A stretch of 64,000 bases of DNA. Origin: an uncultured Chloroflexia bacterium. Lineage in GTDB: Bacteria; Chloroflexota; Limnocylindria; Limnocylindrales; CSP1-4. Shown one piece after another: positions 27,737 to 37,721 of this stretch. Under the pieces are notes generated by a model. The model did not search any database, was not told the origin of the DNA, and worked only from the letters and a program-made list of their open reading frames with translations. Positions within the stretch are counted from its first letter, which is position 1, and every line of letters starts with the position of its first letter. The stretch is taken from the NCBI GenBank assembly GCA_963833225.1, contig CAWHXD010000008.1, forward strand, positions 608,001 through 672,000, given 5' to 3'. Position numbers and translations under genes: made by a program.

Positions 27737-29290
27737 TCAGCACCCCGACGACACGTTGATCTGGGAGTCCTGGCTCCGGGACTTGCCACCGTACTGGTCC
27801 CTGGTCTCGATGTGCCACGTCATGAACACCCGGCCCGTCGCCCAGTTCGCGCCCCGCCGGAGGGTGGTCGAGTAATACCAGTCGCCGTCCAGGCTCCCTT
27901 TCATGTCCTTGCGCTTCGTGCGCTTCGTCCCATCGGCCAGCTGGTACGTGTACACGAGGACGGCACTCGACGCACCGATGCCGTCCGGGTCATTCGCCCT
28001 GCCGTAGAAGTTGGTGTCCGTGTTCAGGCAGAGGCTGTTGGGCGGCGAGGCCCACTGGGAGACGAACTGGGCCTCCGTGTCGCACCGCTTGACCGTGATC
28101 GTCCGCGAGCTGAGCTGGCTCGTGAAGCCCGCGCCGTCGACCGCCTTGATGTACCAGCGCAGCGAGCCCGTGGGCGGGTTGGGGATGGAGATCTTGTCGC
28201 CGAGCGTGTCCAGGTTCGCGTACCACTTGCCCTTGATCGTGCGGCTGTCCATGGCCTTGGACGACCAGCTGCTGCTGCCGGGCCGCTTGAAGAACAGGGT
28301 GGCGGACTTGACCCCATCGCTGTCCTTGATGGTCGCGGTGATGTCAGTTGCGGTCTGGCAGTTCTTGCCGGGCGCAGGCACAGGATCCCAGAACAGCGAG
28401 GAGCCCGACGACGACTTAACGCCGCTGATCGTGGGCCCGGTGTTGACACAGACCTTGACGCTGATCGAGTCCGTCCCCTTGACGGGGATCCGCTTCGTGG
28501 CGCCCGATGAGTCCGTGCCCACGGCATAGAACGAGAGCGTGCCGGCCGTGGTGATCCCGTCGGCGACGGTCCCGAGCGTGACGGCCCAGGTCCCCTTCTT
28601 CGCGTTCCCGGCGGTCCGCGTCATCGCGGTTTCGGCATACGACCCCGCTCCCGGCTTGCGCCAGAAGAGGGCGACGTGCTCGATGCCGATATCGTCGGTC
28701 GCCTTGACGGTGAAGGTCGCCTTCTTGACCGCGTTGGGGCAGTAGTCGCCCGTGTCGTAGCTGAGCTTGGTGGTGGACACGCTGAGCGCGGTGAGCGACG
28801 GGGCATTGTCCGGCGTGCCGCTGGGCGAGGGACCTGGCGTGGCCGTCGGCGCCGCTGAGGGCGGGTTGTTCTCCACGGCCGTCAGCGAAGGCCCGGGCAC
28901 CAACGGGGGCACCTCGGCCGCGTTCTCCGGGGCGCATTCCGCCACCGGGAGACCGGCGATCTGGCCCTGGACCTCGAGCGGCCCGGCCTCGACCCAGGCC
29001 TCCGTCCGACCGGGCTCCGGGAAGTGGATCCGGAGCCAGCCGGAGTCCTCGGTCCGACCGGTGGCCAGCAGCTTCTGGCCGGCCTGGATCATCGTGAGCG
29101 GGGCGCCGGTGCCGGGACACGGATAGACGGCAAGCGAGCCCGTGGCGCTCGCGGGCTGGCTCGAGCCGCCGCCCGCCACGAGGCCACCCCCGAGCGCACC
29201 CAGGACCAGCCCGCCGGCCATGATGGCGGCCGTGGTCGGCCCACCGATCGCTCCGAGCACGCGGCTGAACGCCGCGCCGATCGCGCTCAT
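27737..29290 (-). CDS. Anchored or exported protein with an SH3-like domain and three tandem Ig-like repeats
   Basis: N-terminal hydrophobic helix; CPG...GRTEDSGWLRI...AWV (SH3b-like); three similar units A-x-D-x-x-G(I/V)...W...W/F-Y/H-I-x-x-x-D. Confidence 0.65.
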   Translation of the reverse strand: MSAIGAAFSRVLGAIGGPTTAAIMAGGLVLGALGGGLVAGGGSSQPASATGSLAVYPCPGTGAPLTMIQAGQKLLATGRTEDSGWLRIHFPEPGRTEAWVEAGPLEVQGQIAGLPVAECAPENAAEVPPLVPGPSLTAVENNPPSAAPTATPGPSPSGTPDNAPSLTALSVSTTKLSYDTGDYCPNAVKKATFTVKATDDIGIEHVALFWRKPGAGSYAETAMTRTAGNAKKGTWAVTLGTVADGITTAGTLSFYAVGTDSSGATKRIPVKGTDSISVKVCVNTGPTISGVKSSSGSSLFWDPVPAPGKNCQTATDITATIKDSDGVKSATLFFKRPGSSSWSSKAMDSRTIKGKWYANLDTLGDKISIPNPPTGSLRWYIKAVDGAGFTSQLSSRTITVKRCDTEAQFVSQWASPPNSLCLNTDTNFYGRANDPDGIGASSAVLVYTYQLADGTKRTKRKDMKGSLDGDWYYSTTLRRGANWATGRVFMTWHIETRDQYGGKSRSQDSQINVSSGC

Positions 29291-29357
29291 GCCACGATGC
29301 GGGGAGGCGGCTGGGACGACATCGCAGCGCAGGATACGCGCGGGGACCGGGTCACGG

Positions 29358-30474
29358 TCAAGACCCCGCGATGCCCATCACGACGATCTCGCCCAGCGCT
29401 GCGTCATCGAAGGGCGTGCCGGGCACCGAGGTGGCCACGGACGGGTACGTGGACAGGATCGTGATCCGGACCGCGACCGCACCCGAGACATTCTTGACGT
29501 CGATCTTCTGGGGCTTGCCCGTGTCCTTGAGGCGCACCGTCATCGGCGCCGCGTTGCCCACCCGGATCTCGATGTCCTTGAGCCGGCGATTGCCCTTGTA
29601 GAGCGCGTTCGAGGCGTTGTAGCCATTGGTGAGGATCAGCGCGGTCACCTTGGACGGCGCAAAGACGACCTCGATCCACTCCCCCTTCTCCTTCTGGCTG
29701 CCTTCCTGCCAGCAGGTGTCCGGGTCACCGTCGATCGCCATGGTCGGCTGGAACTTCGGCAGGTCGCCCACGACCGAGGACGCGGAGGCGCCCAGCAGCG
29801 CAAGCGGCTCTGCCTTGGGGCCCTCGGTGGGCTTCGGCGTGGGCGCGTCCGACGGCGTCTCGGCCGATGCGGTGGGTGCATCCGAGGGGCTCGGCGAGAC
29901 CGGTCCGGCTCCGGTTGCCGGTGCGGCGGTCGCCCCCGACCCCGGACCCTCACCCTTCAGGAGGTTGGCACCGACCACGATCCCTACGCCGCCCAGCGCG
30001 CCGAGGATGGCCATGATCACGATCCACTTGAGCACGCCACCCCTCGAGGATCCCGGCTCGGGGTCGGGCCGCGGCGAGCGGATGGTGGTCGTGGTCACGG
30101 TTGCCGGCCGGTTGGGCGCGGCGACCGCGGCGGCGATCTGGTCCCGGCTGACCTGGGCCACCCGCCCGGCGTCGCTGAGCCTGGTCCCGCAGGACTGGCA
30201 GAACGTCCGCGAGGCCGCGTTCGCGATGCCGCACGCGGGGCAGCGGATGAGCCCCTCGGCGTCGGGGCTGGCTCGCGGGCCGTGGCTCCGCGACCGGCGC
30301 CGTGAACGGCGTGGTCACCGGCGGGCACATCGGAGCCGGCGGTCACCGGCGGGACGTCCGACGCCACCTGCTCACCCTCCCACTCGAGGAAGGCCCCGCA
30401 CGACCCGCAGAACTGGTCGCCGGGGGTATTGCGAAGCCGCAGCGGCGGCAGATGAGAGGGCTGTTGGCGGTCAC
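29358..30474 (-). CDS. Double zinc-ribbon / TM / discoidin-like bitopic protein; apparent frameshifts at ~30430 and ~30300
   Basis: Manual translation gives ICRRCGF.N...FCGSCGAFLEW and RCPACGIAN...FCQSCG, then TM, Pro/Thr linker and ASS...AIDGDPDTCWQEG...GEWIEV. Confidence 0.75.
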
Positions 30475-30481
30475 GGGCGGG

Positions 30482-32542
30482 TCATCCTCGGATCACGAGC
30501 ACGAGCGGGACATCGATGAAGCGCAGGATGCCGAACTGAGGCGGGACGACGACGGGCGGATCACGAGCATGGTGGCAGCGACGGGCGGGAATGCGCTGCC
30601 GTCAAGGGGAACCGCCTGGAGCTCGCGCGGGCCGGTCCGATCATTGTGGAACACGAGCACCTGGACCCGGAAGGCGCCCCGGGCATCGGTGATCACCGGT
30701 TCCATGCTGGGCGTGATGCCCTGGCTCCAGGAGAGGACGACCGGCGTATCCGGCGGGAACCCGCGGCCTTCCGCGATGGTCACGATCCCGGGCTGCCCGA
30801 TCGGCGGATCGAGCACCAGCTCACCTTTCGACGCCGGCCGCGGAGCCGGACCGTCCGCGGGGAGCCGGGCGAAGTCGTCCGCCACCTCCAGCGTGGCGAC
30901 ACGGGTGCCCTTGCCGAGCGGACGGAAGGTCACGGACACGGTGCACGCCTCGTTGCGGCGCAGACTCGCGAGCCTGGCAGCCGTCGGCAACGATCCGGAA
31001 GTCGTCCCGGTTGGCCCCGGTGATCGTGGCCCCGGAAACCTGGAGCGGGCTCCAGCCGGCATTGCCCAGCGTGGCGGCGAGCGGGAGGCTCTCGGTATCC
31101 ACCGCGCGTGAGCCGAGGTCGAGCGTCGCCGGGTTGATCACGGGAACCGGGGGCAGGTCCCGGAGGAAGACGTCATGCGCCTCGTTGTCGTCACCCTCGA
31201 CCAGGCCGCGGCGAGTCGGACGCGAACGCGACGAACCGGCCATTGCCGCCGATCGACGGCTGGAAGGTCAGGCCGCCGCTTCCCGTATTGGTGAGGCTGA
31301 CCGAGATGAGCACCGTCTCGCCGGCGCCATGTCCCGGAGATAGACGTGGCGGGGGAGGACGCGCGACACGGCCGCCGGGGCGATGCGGCCCGCCGTCTCC
31401 GGGACGAGGTTGGTCGCGGTGGAGGTCCAGGCGACGAAGTTGCCGTCACCCGAGATCGCCGGGTAGAAACTGTTGCCGTTGCCTGCCCCACCCTGCGGCA
31501 TCACCGAGACCATGGTCGTGGTGCTGGTGGCCAGGTCGCGCCGGAACACCCCACCCGCGCCCTCGCTGGTGAGGTTCGACGCCCGGGACAGGAACGCGAC
31601 GTAGCGGCCGTCGGTCGAGATCGCGGGATCCGTGGCGATGTCGCGCGGAGGCCCTCCGTCCGGGGTGCCCGAGACCTGCCGCGTGCGGGCGGCCTCGATG
31701 TCGCGGACGTAGACCTGGAGGCCGGAGCCGGTGTCGGCGTTGACAACGCTGTCGCCGCCGTCCGAGGCGAACGCCACCAGGTTCCCGTCGCCCGAGATGG
31801 ACGGGGCGTTCGCGACACCGGAGATGAACGGCCCCGAGAAGCCGGGGCTGACGTGCACGAGATCGCCCGTGTCCCGGTCCCAGCGAACCACGTCCTCGGC
31901 GCCCTCGTCGTTGTCGCCGGGCATGTCCTTCGTGGTCGTGAACGCGACGTAGCGGCCGGTGCGGGACACGCGTCGGCTGGCGGCCCGAGACCAGCACCGG
32001 AAGGCCGCGGCCGCGAGTCGCGACGAACACGGAGACGTCGTCACGCACGTTCCACAGGACGATGTCCTGGCGTCCCGTGAGGGAGACGATCGAGTGGAGG
32101 CCGGGGGTGGCTCTCCGGTAGGTGAATGCGACCCACCGGCCGTTGGCCGAGATCGCCGGCTCGGACGCGGTCGGCTGCTCCTGCGCCACGTTCCCCGCCG
32201 GCATGGGCGCCTTGCGGATCTTGCCCGACTGGCGGTCCAGCAGGAACACGTCGTGCTGCCCGGTTCGTCGTTGCGGACCAGGTCCGAGGCGACCGAGGTG
32301 AACGCGACAAAGCGGCCGTCGGCCGACATCGATGGCTCGATCGAGGCGCTGTTGGGGAAGCCGCCGCCACGGGCCACCGAGAGCAGCCTGGTCGGCCCGG
32401 CGGCGCGGGCAGCGGCGCGGCCGGGATGGGATCGGTCACGGGTCGTCCCGACCGCGCGTCGCGCGACGTCGCCCCGGCGCGCGCCAGCAGCCCCGGGCAC
32501 GAGGAGCAGGAGCGCAAGGCCGGCCGCGGGGAGCCGTGTCAC
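30482..32542 (-). CDS. Exported PD40/TolB-like beta-propeller protein with C-terminal Ig-like domains; several apparent frameshifts
   Basis: Signal-like N-terminus; repeated P(S/A)(I/M)S.DG.(F/W/Y)VAF.S units; C-terminal CTVSVTFRP...ATLEVADD in other frames. Confidence 0.7.
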
Positions 32543-32550
32543 CGGTGGCC

Positions 32551-33810
32551 TCAGGGCCGCAGGTACCCGGAGTAGAGCACCGCCGCGTCGCAGTCCGTCG
32601 GCGGCTCGCACACGAGCGACAGCCGCAGCTGGTCACCCACGCCGATCACGATCGGCGTCACGAAGTGCACGTCGTAGTCGCGGAAGTTCTCCAGTCGCAG
32701 GCGCATCAGCGGCGTGTCGTTGCGAAGCACCACGATCGCGCCCTGGCGCCCGTTGGGGTTCGAGAACAGGAAGTCGGTCAGGAACAGCGTGCCGTTAAAC
32801 ACGGCCGCCTTGGTGCCGTTGTCGAGCGACCCGTCGATCGGGGTGCCGAGGCCGGGGATCACGGCCCGCCGCCACCGGGCGTGGGCGGGGCTTCGGTGGG
32901 CGGCGCGGCGGTGTCGCCCGGGGCAAGGGTCGGCGTCGGCGCCGCATCGGTGGGGGTCCCCCCGCTGCCCGTCCCCATCGTCGGCAGCCCAGCGTCGCTG
33001 AGCGCCTGGTTGACGTCGTCCTTGAGGCTGGCGAGGGGCGAGGACACGGCGTCGGATGCCGCGGTCTCGATGGTCGGCTTGAGCAGGAACAGCCAGATCA
33101 GGATGAGCGCGACGATCGCGACGATCAGCAGCAGCAGCGCCTTGAGGAACCAGGGCGGCAGCACGGACTCCTGGAGCAGCGTGCCCTCGAGCTGGATCGG
33201 CTGGCCCCCTTCGGGCTTGACGAACAGCTGGAACGGCCGGGTCTTGGGCTGCCCTCGCCAGAAGCGCTTGGCCGGGCTGACGCGCACCTTGGCGAACTCG
33301 GCCATGCCGGGCTCCACCACGACCGCGGGCGGCTTGACATCGAAGGTGAGCTGCTGGTCCTCGTCCGTCGCCTCGATCTCGGCCGCGAGGCGCGCGTTGC
33401 CCCGGTTGTCGACGGCGATCTCGTGCGAGCCGCCCCGAGACCCGCGTGACGTCCGTCGGGACCAGCTCGGCGCGCGGGTCCATGAAGGACCCGACCTGGA
33501 CCGAACCCTCCTCCACCGCGGAGCCCGCGGGGTCCTCGCGCGATCGCGCCCGCAACCCGAACGCGAGGACCCCCGATGGCGTTGACGCGACGCGCGGCGG
33601 CGCGAAGACCGCCTTGGCCTCGCCCTCCGCGCCCGGGAACAGGCTGAGGGTCGCGGGCTCGCAGGCCGCCCAGGCGGCGGCATCCCCGAGGACGTCGAGC
33701 GCGAACTCGTCGACGACGGTCCCGGTGTTGCGGACCTTGACCGTGATGGAGACAGATTGGCCCGGCTCGACCGAGATGGCCGGCGTGACCAGCGTGACGG
33801 ATGCACCCAC
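32551..33810 (-). CDS. CIS-associated membrane protein (tandem COG1470-like Ig domains, TM, C-terminal domain); apparent frameshifts at ~33450 and ~32875
   Basis: VEPG...VRNTGTVVDEF...LSLFPG...F.PPR; DNRGN; WRGQPKTRPFQ; TM LPPWFLKALLLLIVAIVALILIW; resembles the 'hydrolytic protein' of actinobacterial CIS loci. Confidence 0.75.
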   Translation of the reverse strand: MGASVTLVTPAISVEPGQSVSITVKVRNTGTVVDEFALDVLGDAAAWAACEPATLSLFPGAEGEAKAVFAPPRVASTPSGVLAFGLRARSREDPAGSAVEEGSVQVGSFMDPRAELVPTDVTRVSGRLARDRRRQPGQRAPRGRDRGDGRGPAAHLRCQAARGRGGARHGRVRQGARQPGQALLARAAQDPAVPAVRQARRGPADPARGHAAPGVRAAALVPQGAAAADRRDRRAHPDLAVPAQADHRDRGIRRRVLAPRQPQGRRQPGAQRRWAADDGDGQRGDPHRCGADADPCPGRHRRAAHRSPAHARWRRAVIPGLGTPIDGSLDNGTKAAVFNGTLFLTDFLFSNPNGRQGAIVVLRNDTPLMRLRLENFRDYDVHFVTPIVIGVGDQLRLSLVCEPPTDCDAAVLYSGYLRP

Positions 33811-33878
33811 GGGCGGAGTGTAGCGACGCGGAGCCCCGGCGAACAGGGGGTGGACGGCGGCAATACGGGGCGGTCTCA

Positions 33879-33969
33879 TGTCCATTCGGGCACCGTTGGG
33901 CTGCCCGTTAAGTCAGCGTTGACTGGCCGCACAGACCCGCGCGCTAGGGTCGGGATGCGCGTCCGGGCA
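33879..33969. promoter_or_regulatory. Three TGCCC-N4-GGGCA-like palindromes in the divergent intergenic region
   Basis: TGTCC-ATTC-GGGCA (33879), TGCCC-GTTA-AGTCA (33902) and TGCGC-GTCC-GGGCA (33956). Confidence 0.55.
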
Positions 33970-34020
33970 TGCACGAATCGTCCCGTTCCACCCGGGCGGC
34001 GCCCAAGGAGACGTGCGTCG

Positions 34021-34668
34021 ATGGTCGCCGAACCCGTTCCCTTCAAGGCCCGCATCCCGGTCCACGTGTCCGCCGCCGATCCGCTGTCGCGGGCCGGGAT
34101 CGTGAGCCAGCTGCGCAAGGCGCAGGGGTTTGCCATCGTGACCGAGAGCGAGCTCCCGGACGACGTGGTGGCGCTCGTCGTGGGTGACGAGCTCGACGGC
34201 GAAGTCCTCGCCGCCATGCGCTCGCTGCGTGGACGAGGGGTGCGGCGGGTCGTGCTGCTGGTCTCTCGCGTGGACGACCGGAGCCTGCTCGGGGCGGCCG
34301 AGGCCGGCGCGACCGGCGTCCTGCGGCGATCCGAGGCCACGCCCGGCAACCTGTCCGCCGCCCTGCGCTCCGCGGCCGCCGGCGAGGGCACGCTGCCGCC
34401 GGACCTGCTGGGGCGGCTCCTGCGCCAGGTCGGCCAGCTGCAGCGCCAGGTGCTCTCGCCGCGGGGACTGACGTTCTCGGGCCTGACGGAGCGGGAGGCG
34501 GCCGTCGTGCGGCTGCTCGCGGACGGGTTCGACACCGCCGAGATCGCGGGTCACCTGTTCTACAGCGAGCGCACCGTGAAGAACATCATCCACGACATCA
34601 CGTCACGCCTCGAGCTGCGCAATCGGACCCATGCCGTGGCCTATGCGATCCGTGAGGGGCTGATCTAG
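34021..34668 (+). CDS. LuxR-family regulator with degenerate receiver domain (CIS-associated)
   Basis: LTERE...LADGFDTAEIA..LFYSERTVKNIIH...LRNRTHAVAYAIREGLI; AAGGAG RBS. Confidence 0.9.
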   Translation: MVAEPVPFKARIPVHVSAADPLSRAGIVSQLRKAQGFAIVTESELPDDVVALVVGDELDGEVLAAMRSLRGRGVRRVVLLVSRVDDRSLLGAAEAGATGVLRRSEATPGNLSAALRSAAAGEGTLPPDLLGRLLRQVGQLQRQVLSPRGLTFSGLTEREAAVVRLLADGFDTAEIAGHLFYSERTVKNIIHDITSRLELRNRTHAVAYAIREGLI

Positions 34669-34729
34669 ACGCTCACCCCGTTCGAGCCCGGGAGCCGGCT
34701 CGGACGCGTCGCGGCCCCGGGGAGCCCCA

Positions 34730-35338
34730 TCACATCTGGAGCTCTTCCTCCTCCTCGGGACCCTCCTGGCGCTGCACCGAGCTGACCACCTGGCTGGCGG
34801 TCTGGTCGGCGGCACGCTCGAACCGGTCGGACGGATCGCTCACCTTGATCCCACCCGGCGCAGCGCTGCCGTCAACGGGTCCGCGCGACTGCTGGACGAC
34901 GTGGGTCAGCTCGTGCGCGAGCGTCTTCTGGCCCTCGGCGGAGCCCGGGTTGTACTGCCCGTCCTTGAACACCACGTCCGAGCCCACGGTGTAGGCATTC
35001 GCCCCGACCGACTCCGCCGACCTGGATGCCTTGCCGCCGGTGTGCACGCGGACATCCTCGAACGAGGCACCGAAGGCCGACTCCATCGACGTCCGGGTGG
35101 ACTCGTCCAGCGGGGTTCCACCGCCGGAGCCGACGACATCGTGGACCGGCGACTGCTCCTCGTCGCCGGCCAGCATCTGGACCACGCCCTGGTTCCCAGC
35201 CGTCCGCTGGAGGTGCATGATCGATGCCGCGTCGAGGGCCGGCCCGCGGGCCGCGGCAAACGGGCGGCCTTCCGCCCGGTCCGGCGCCTGCCGGTCCACG
35301 TGCGGATGGGCGATGGGTTCGCGCTCGTAGTCGCGCAT
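34730..35338 (-). CDS. Stand-alone DUF4157 (eCIS core domain) protein
   Basis: LQRTAGN, F.DVRVHT, GANAYTVGSDVVF, LAHELTHVVQQ and D.FERAAD. Confidence 0.92.
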   Translation of the reverse strand: MRDYEREPIAHPHVDRQAPDRAEGRPFAAARGPALDAASIMHLQRTAGNQGVVQMLAGDEEQSPVHDVVGSGGGTPLDESTRTSMESAFGASFEDVRVHTGGKASRSAESVGANAYTVGSDVVFKDGQYNPGSAEGQKTLAHELTHVVQQSRGPVDGSAAPGGIKVSDPSDRFERAADQTASQVVSSVQRQEGPEEEEELQM

Positions 35339-35422
35339 GTGCTGGTCCCTCCTGGTGGCACCCGCAGCATCGCCCACCGCGCTCCCCGTCGCAATCCCCT
35401 TGCGGCGATGCGCCCCGAAGTC

Positions 35423-35436
35423 TGCCTCAACGGGCA
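35423..35436. promoter_or_regulatory. TGCCC-N4-GGGCA-like palindrome upstream of DUF4157
   Basis: TGCCT-CAAC-GGGCA. Confidence 0.5.
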
Positions 35437-35459
35437 GCCCGACCGAACGGCAGCGGCGG

Positions 35460-37721
35460 TCAGACGTCGAGCAGGTGCATGTACGGCCCGAACTCCGCCT
35501 CGACCGTCAGCCGTCCCAGCTTGCGGTACTCGCGCTCGGTGCCACGGATGAGGTCGGCCATGCCGATGGGCCGGTCGGCGGCCGCCGCGAAGTAGGCCGC
35601 GGACACGCAGATGTTCCGGATGTTGCCGCCGGGGAAGCGGAACTGGCGGGCGAGGAACTCGAGGTCGAGCTCGCCCTCGCGCGGGACCCTGTCCGGGAGG
35701 TTGCGAACCCACAGCCGGAGCCGGTCCTCCTCCTCGGGCAGCGGGAAGTCCACGATCGCATCCAGGCGCCGCGTGAACGCCTCGTCCACGTTGGCGCGCA
35801 GGTTGGTGGTCAGGATCGCGATCCCGTCGAAGCGCTCCATCCGCTGGAGCAGGTAGGCCACCTCCACGTTGGCGTACCGGTCACGGGCGTCCTTCACCTC
35901 GGAGCGCTTGCCGAACAGGGCGTCGGCCTCGTCGAACAGCAGGACGCCGTTGACCCCGTCGGCCTCGGTGAAGATCCGGTCCAGGTTCTTCTCGGTCTCG
36001 CCGATGTACTTGTCGATGACGGTGGAGAGGTCGATGACGTAAAGGTCCAGCCCGAGGTCCCCCGCCAGGACCTCGGCCGACATCGTCTTGCCGGTGCCCG
36101 AATCGCCGGCGAACAGGGCCGTCACGCCCCGCCCGCGGGCGGTGGTGTGGCCCATCCGCCATTCGCCGATGACCCGGTCGCGGTGCCGGGCGCGCGCGGC
36201 GATCTCCCGCAGCTGCGTCTCCACGACCCGGGGCAGGATGAGGTCCTGCCAGGCCGCGGCAGGCTCCACGCGGCGCGCAAGCCGCTCCAGGCCGGCGGCG
36301 TTCTGGGCTCGGGCGCCGGCCGCGATGTCGGGCGGCTCCAGGTCCCGGTCTGCCGCGACGGCCGCGCGATGCGCGGCCCGCGCGGCGCGGACGACCTGCT
36401 CCGGGCCGAGCCGGAAGGCCCGGGTCGCGGTCGCCGGGTCGAAGCCCAGCGGAGCGGACCCGTTGAGCGCGCCGACCCACAGCTCGTGGCGCTGCGTCTC
36501 GTCGGGGACCGGGGCGTCGAGCACCAGCGGCACCTCCCGGCTCCAGGCCGGGTCCCAGGCCCTCGTCCCCACCAGGACCACCGGCGGCTGGGCCTCGCCA
36601 AACGCGCGAACCGCCGCGGTTCCCCGTTCCACGATCGCCTCCACCGGCCCGGCGATCAGGCCGGCGCCACGCAACCTCGCCTCCCGCGTCGCCGCCTCGG
36701 CGATCGGGCGTGGCTCGTCGGTCGCCCCGAGCCGGGAGAGATCCACGTCCACGACGGGCCGGCCGAGCGTCGCGAAGGCCGCCCGCGCCAGGGCCCGCCC
36801 GGAGGCACCGCCGGCCTGGCGGACGTAGACCAGGGGCACGCCCGCGGCCAGGGCACGAGCGAGCACGGCGGCGTCGCCAAAGCGCACCTCCGGTGCCTCA
36901 CCGAGCAGCGGCGCCACCAGCGGGTCCGGCCCGTCGTCGCCCAGGAGGTGGGCGGCGACCCGGTCCGGGACCCGAAGCGGCCGGGTGAGGAACGGACGAT
37001 CGGGGTCCTCCACCAGCAGCAGCCCCTCGTCCACGAGCGCCCCCCGCGGCCCGAGCCTGGACCTCGTCGGGCCGGCGCCGGCCAGCTCTGATCCGCCGAT
37101 CAGCTCCAGCGCGAGACCGGCGCTTGCCCGGCGTCTCGACACGTCGTCGTGGAGGTAGCCGTACAGGCGCTCGAACCGGGGGTCGAGGTCCGGCGCGAGC
37201 GCGATGAGCAGCAGGTCAACGTCGAGGTCGTCGAGGCCGAACGTCCGGGCCAGCCTGCGCAGTCGCACGTCGGCTCCCGCGGCCTCCGCGGCGTCCGCGT
37301 CGATCTCGGCCGCGGCGAGCTCGGCGGCGTCATGCGCGGCCGCGGCCGCGACCACGGCCCTGATCTCGGCGCCCGGGCGATCATCGGCACGCAACAACCG
37401 GTCCACCTGGTCGTCGCTGATGTACAGGCCCCGGAACCGGTCCTCCGGGTCGGGATCGACTGCGCGCCGGCGTTCGACGGCGGTGCGGACGCGCGTCTCG
37501 AGGCGCGCCAGCCGCCGGTACAGGTAGGCGAGCGACGGGTCCTGCGGCGGCGCCGGGGGCGCGGGCGGATCCGAAGACGGTGCCTGGGCCACGGGGGCGG
37601 ACAGGTCCCGCGGCGGCTCGGGCGACGGTTCCTGGGCCACGGGGGCGGGCTCCTGGAGCGGCGATCCAGGCTCCGCGTGAGCGCGACGACCAGCCGGCGC
37701 GCGGCGCGTCCGCGTGCTCAC
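35460..37721 (-). CDS. CIS AAA+ ATPase (Afp15/Pvc15-like)
   Basis: GDSGTGKT, DKYIGETEKNL, FDEADALFGKRSEVKDARDRYAN and N-terminal APDLD.RFERLYGYL.DD. Confidence 0.95.
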   Translation of the reverse strand: MSTRTRRAPAGRRAHAEPGSPLQEPAPVAQEPSPEPPRDLSAPVAQAPSSDPPAPPAPPQDPSLAYLYRRLARLETRVRTAVERRRAVDPDPEDRFRGLYISDDQVDRLLRADDRPGAEIRAVVAAAAAHDAAELAAAEIDADAAEAAGADVRLRRLARTFGLDDLDVDLLLIALAPDLDPRFERLYGYLHDDVSRRRASAGLALELIGGSELAGAGPTRSRLGPRGALVDEGLLLVEDPDRPFLTRPLRVPDRVAAHLLGDDGPDPLVAPLLGEAPEVRFGDAAVLARALAAGVPLVYVRQAGGASGRALARAAFATLGRPVVDVDLSRLGATDEPRPIAEAATREARLRGAGLIAGPVEAIVERGTAAVRAFGEAQPPVVLVGTRAWDPAWSREVPLVLDAPVPDETQRHELWVGALNGSAPLGFDPATATRAFRLGPEQVVRAARAAHRAAVAADRDLEPPDIAAGARAQNAAGLERLARRVEPAAAWQDLILPRVVETQLREIAARARHRDRVIGEWRMGHTTARGRGVTALFAGDSGTGKTMSAEVLAGDLGLDLYVIDLSTVIDKYIGETEKNLDRIFTEADGVNGVLLFDEADALFGKRSEVKDARDRYANVEVAYLLQRMERFDGIAILTTNLRANVDEAFTRRLDAIVDFPLPEEEDRLRLWVRNLPDRVPREGELDLEFLARQFRFPGGNIRNICVSAAYFAAAADRPIGMADLIRGTEREYRKLGRLTVEAEFGPYMHLLDV

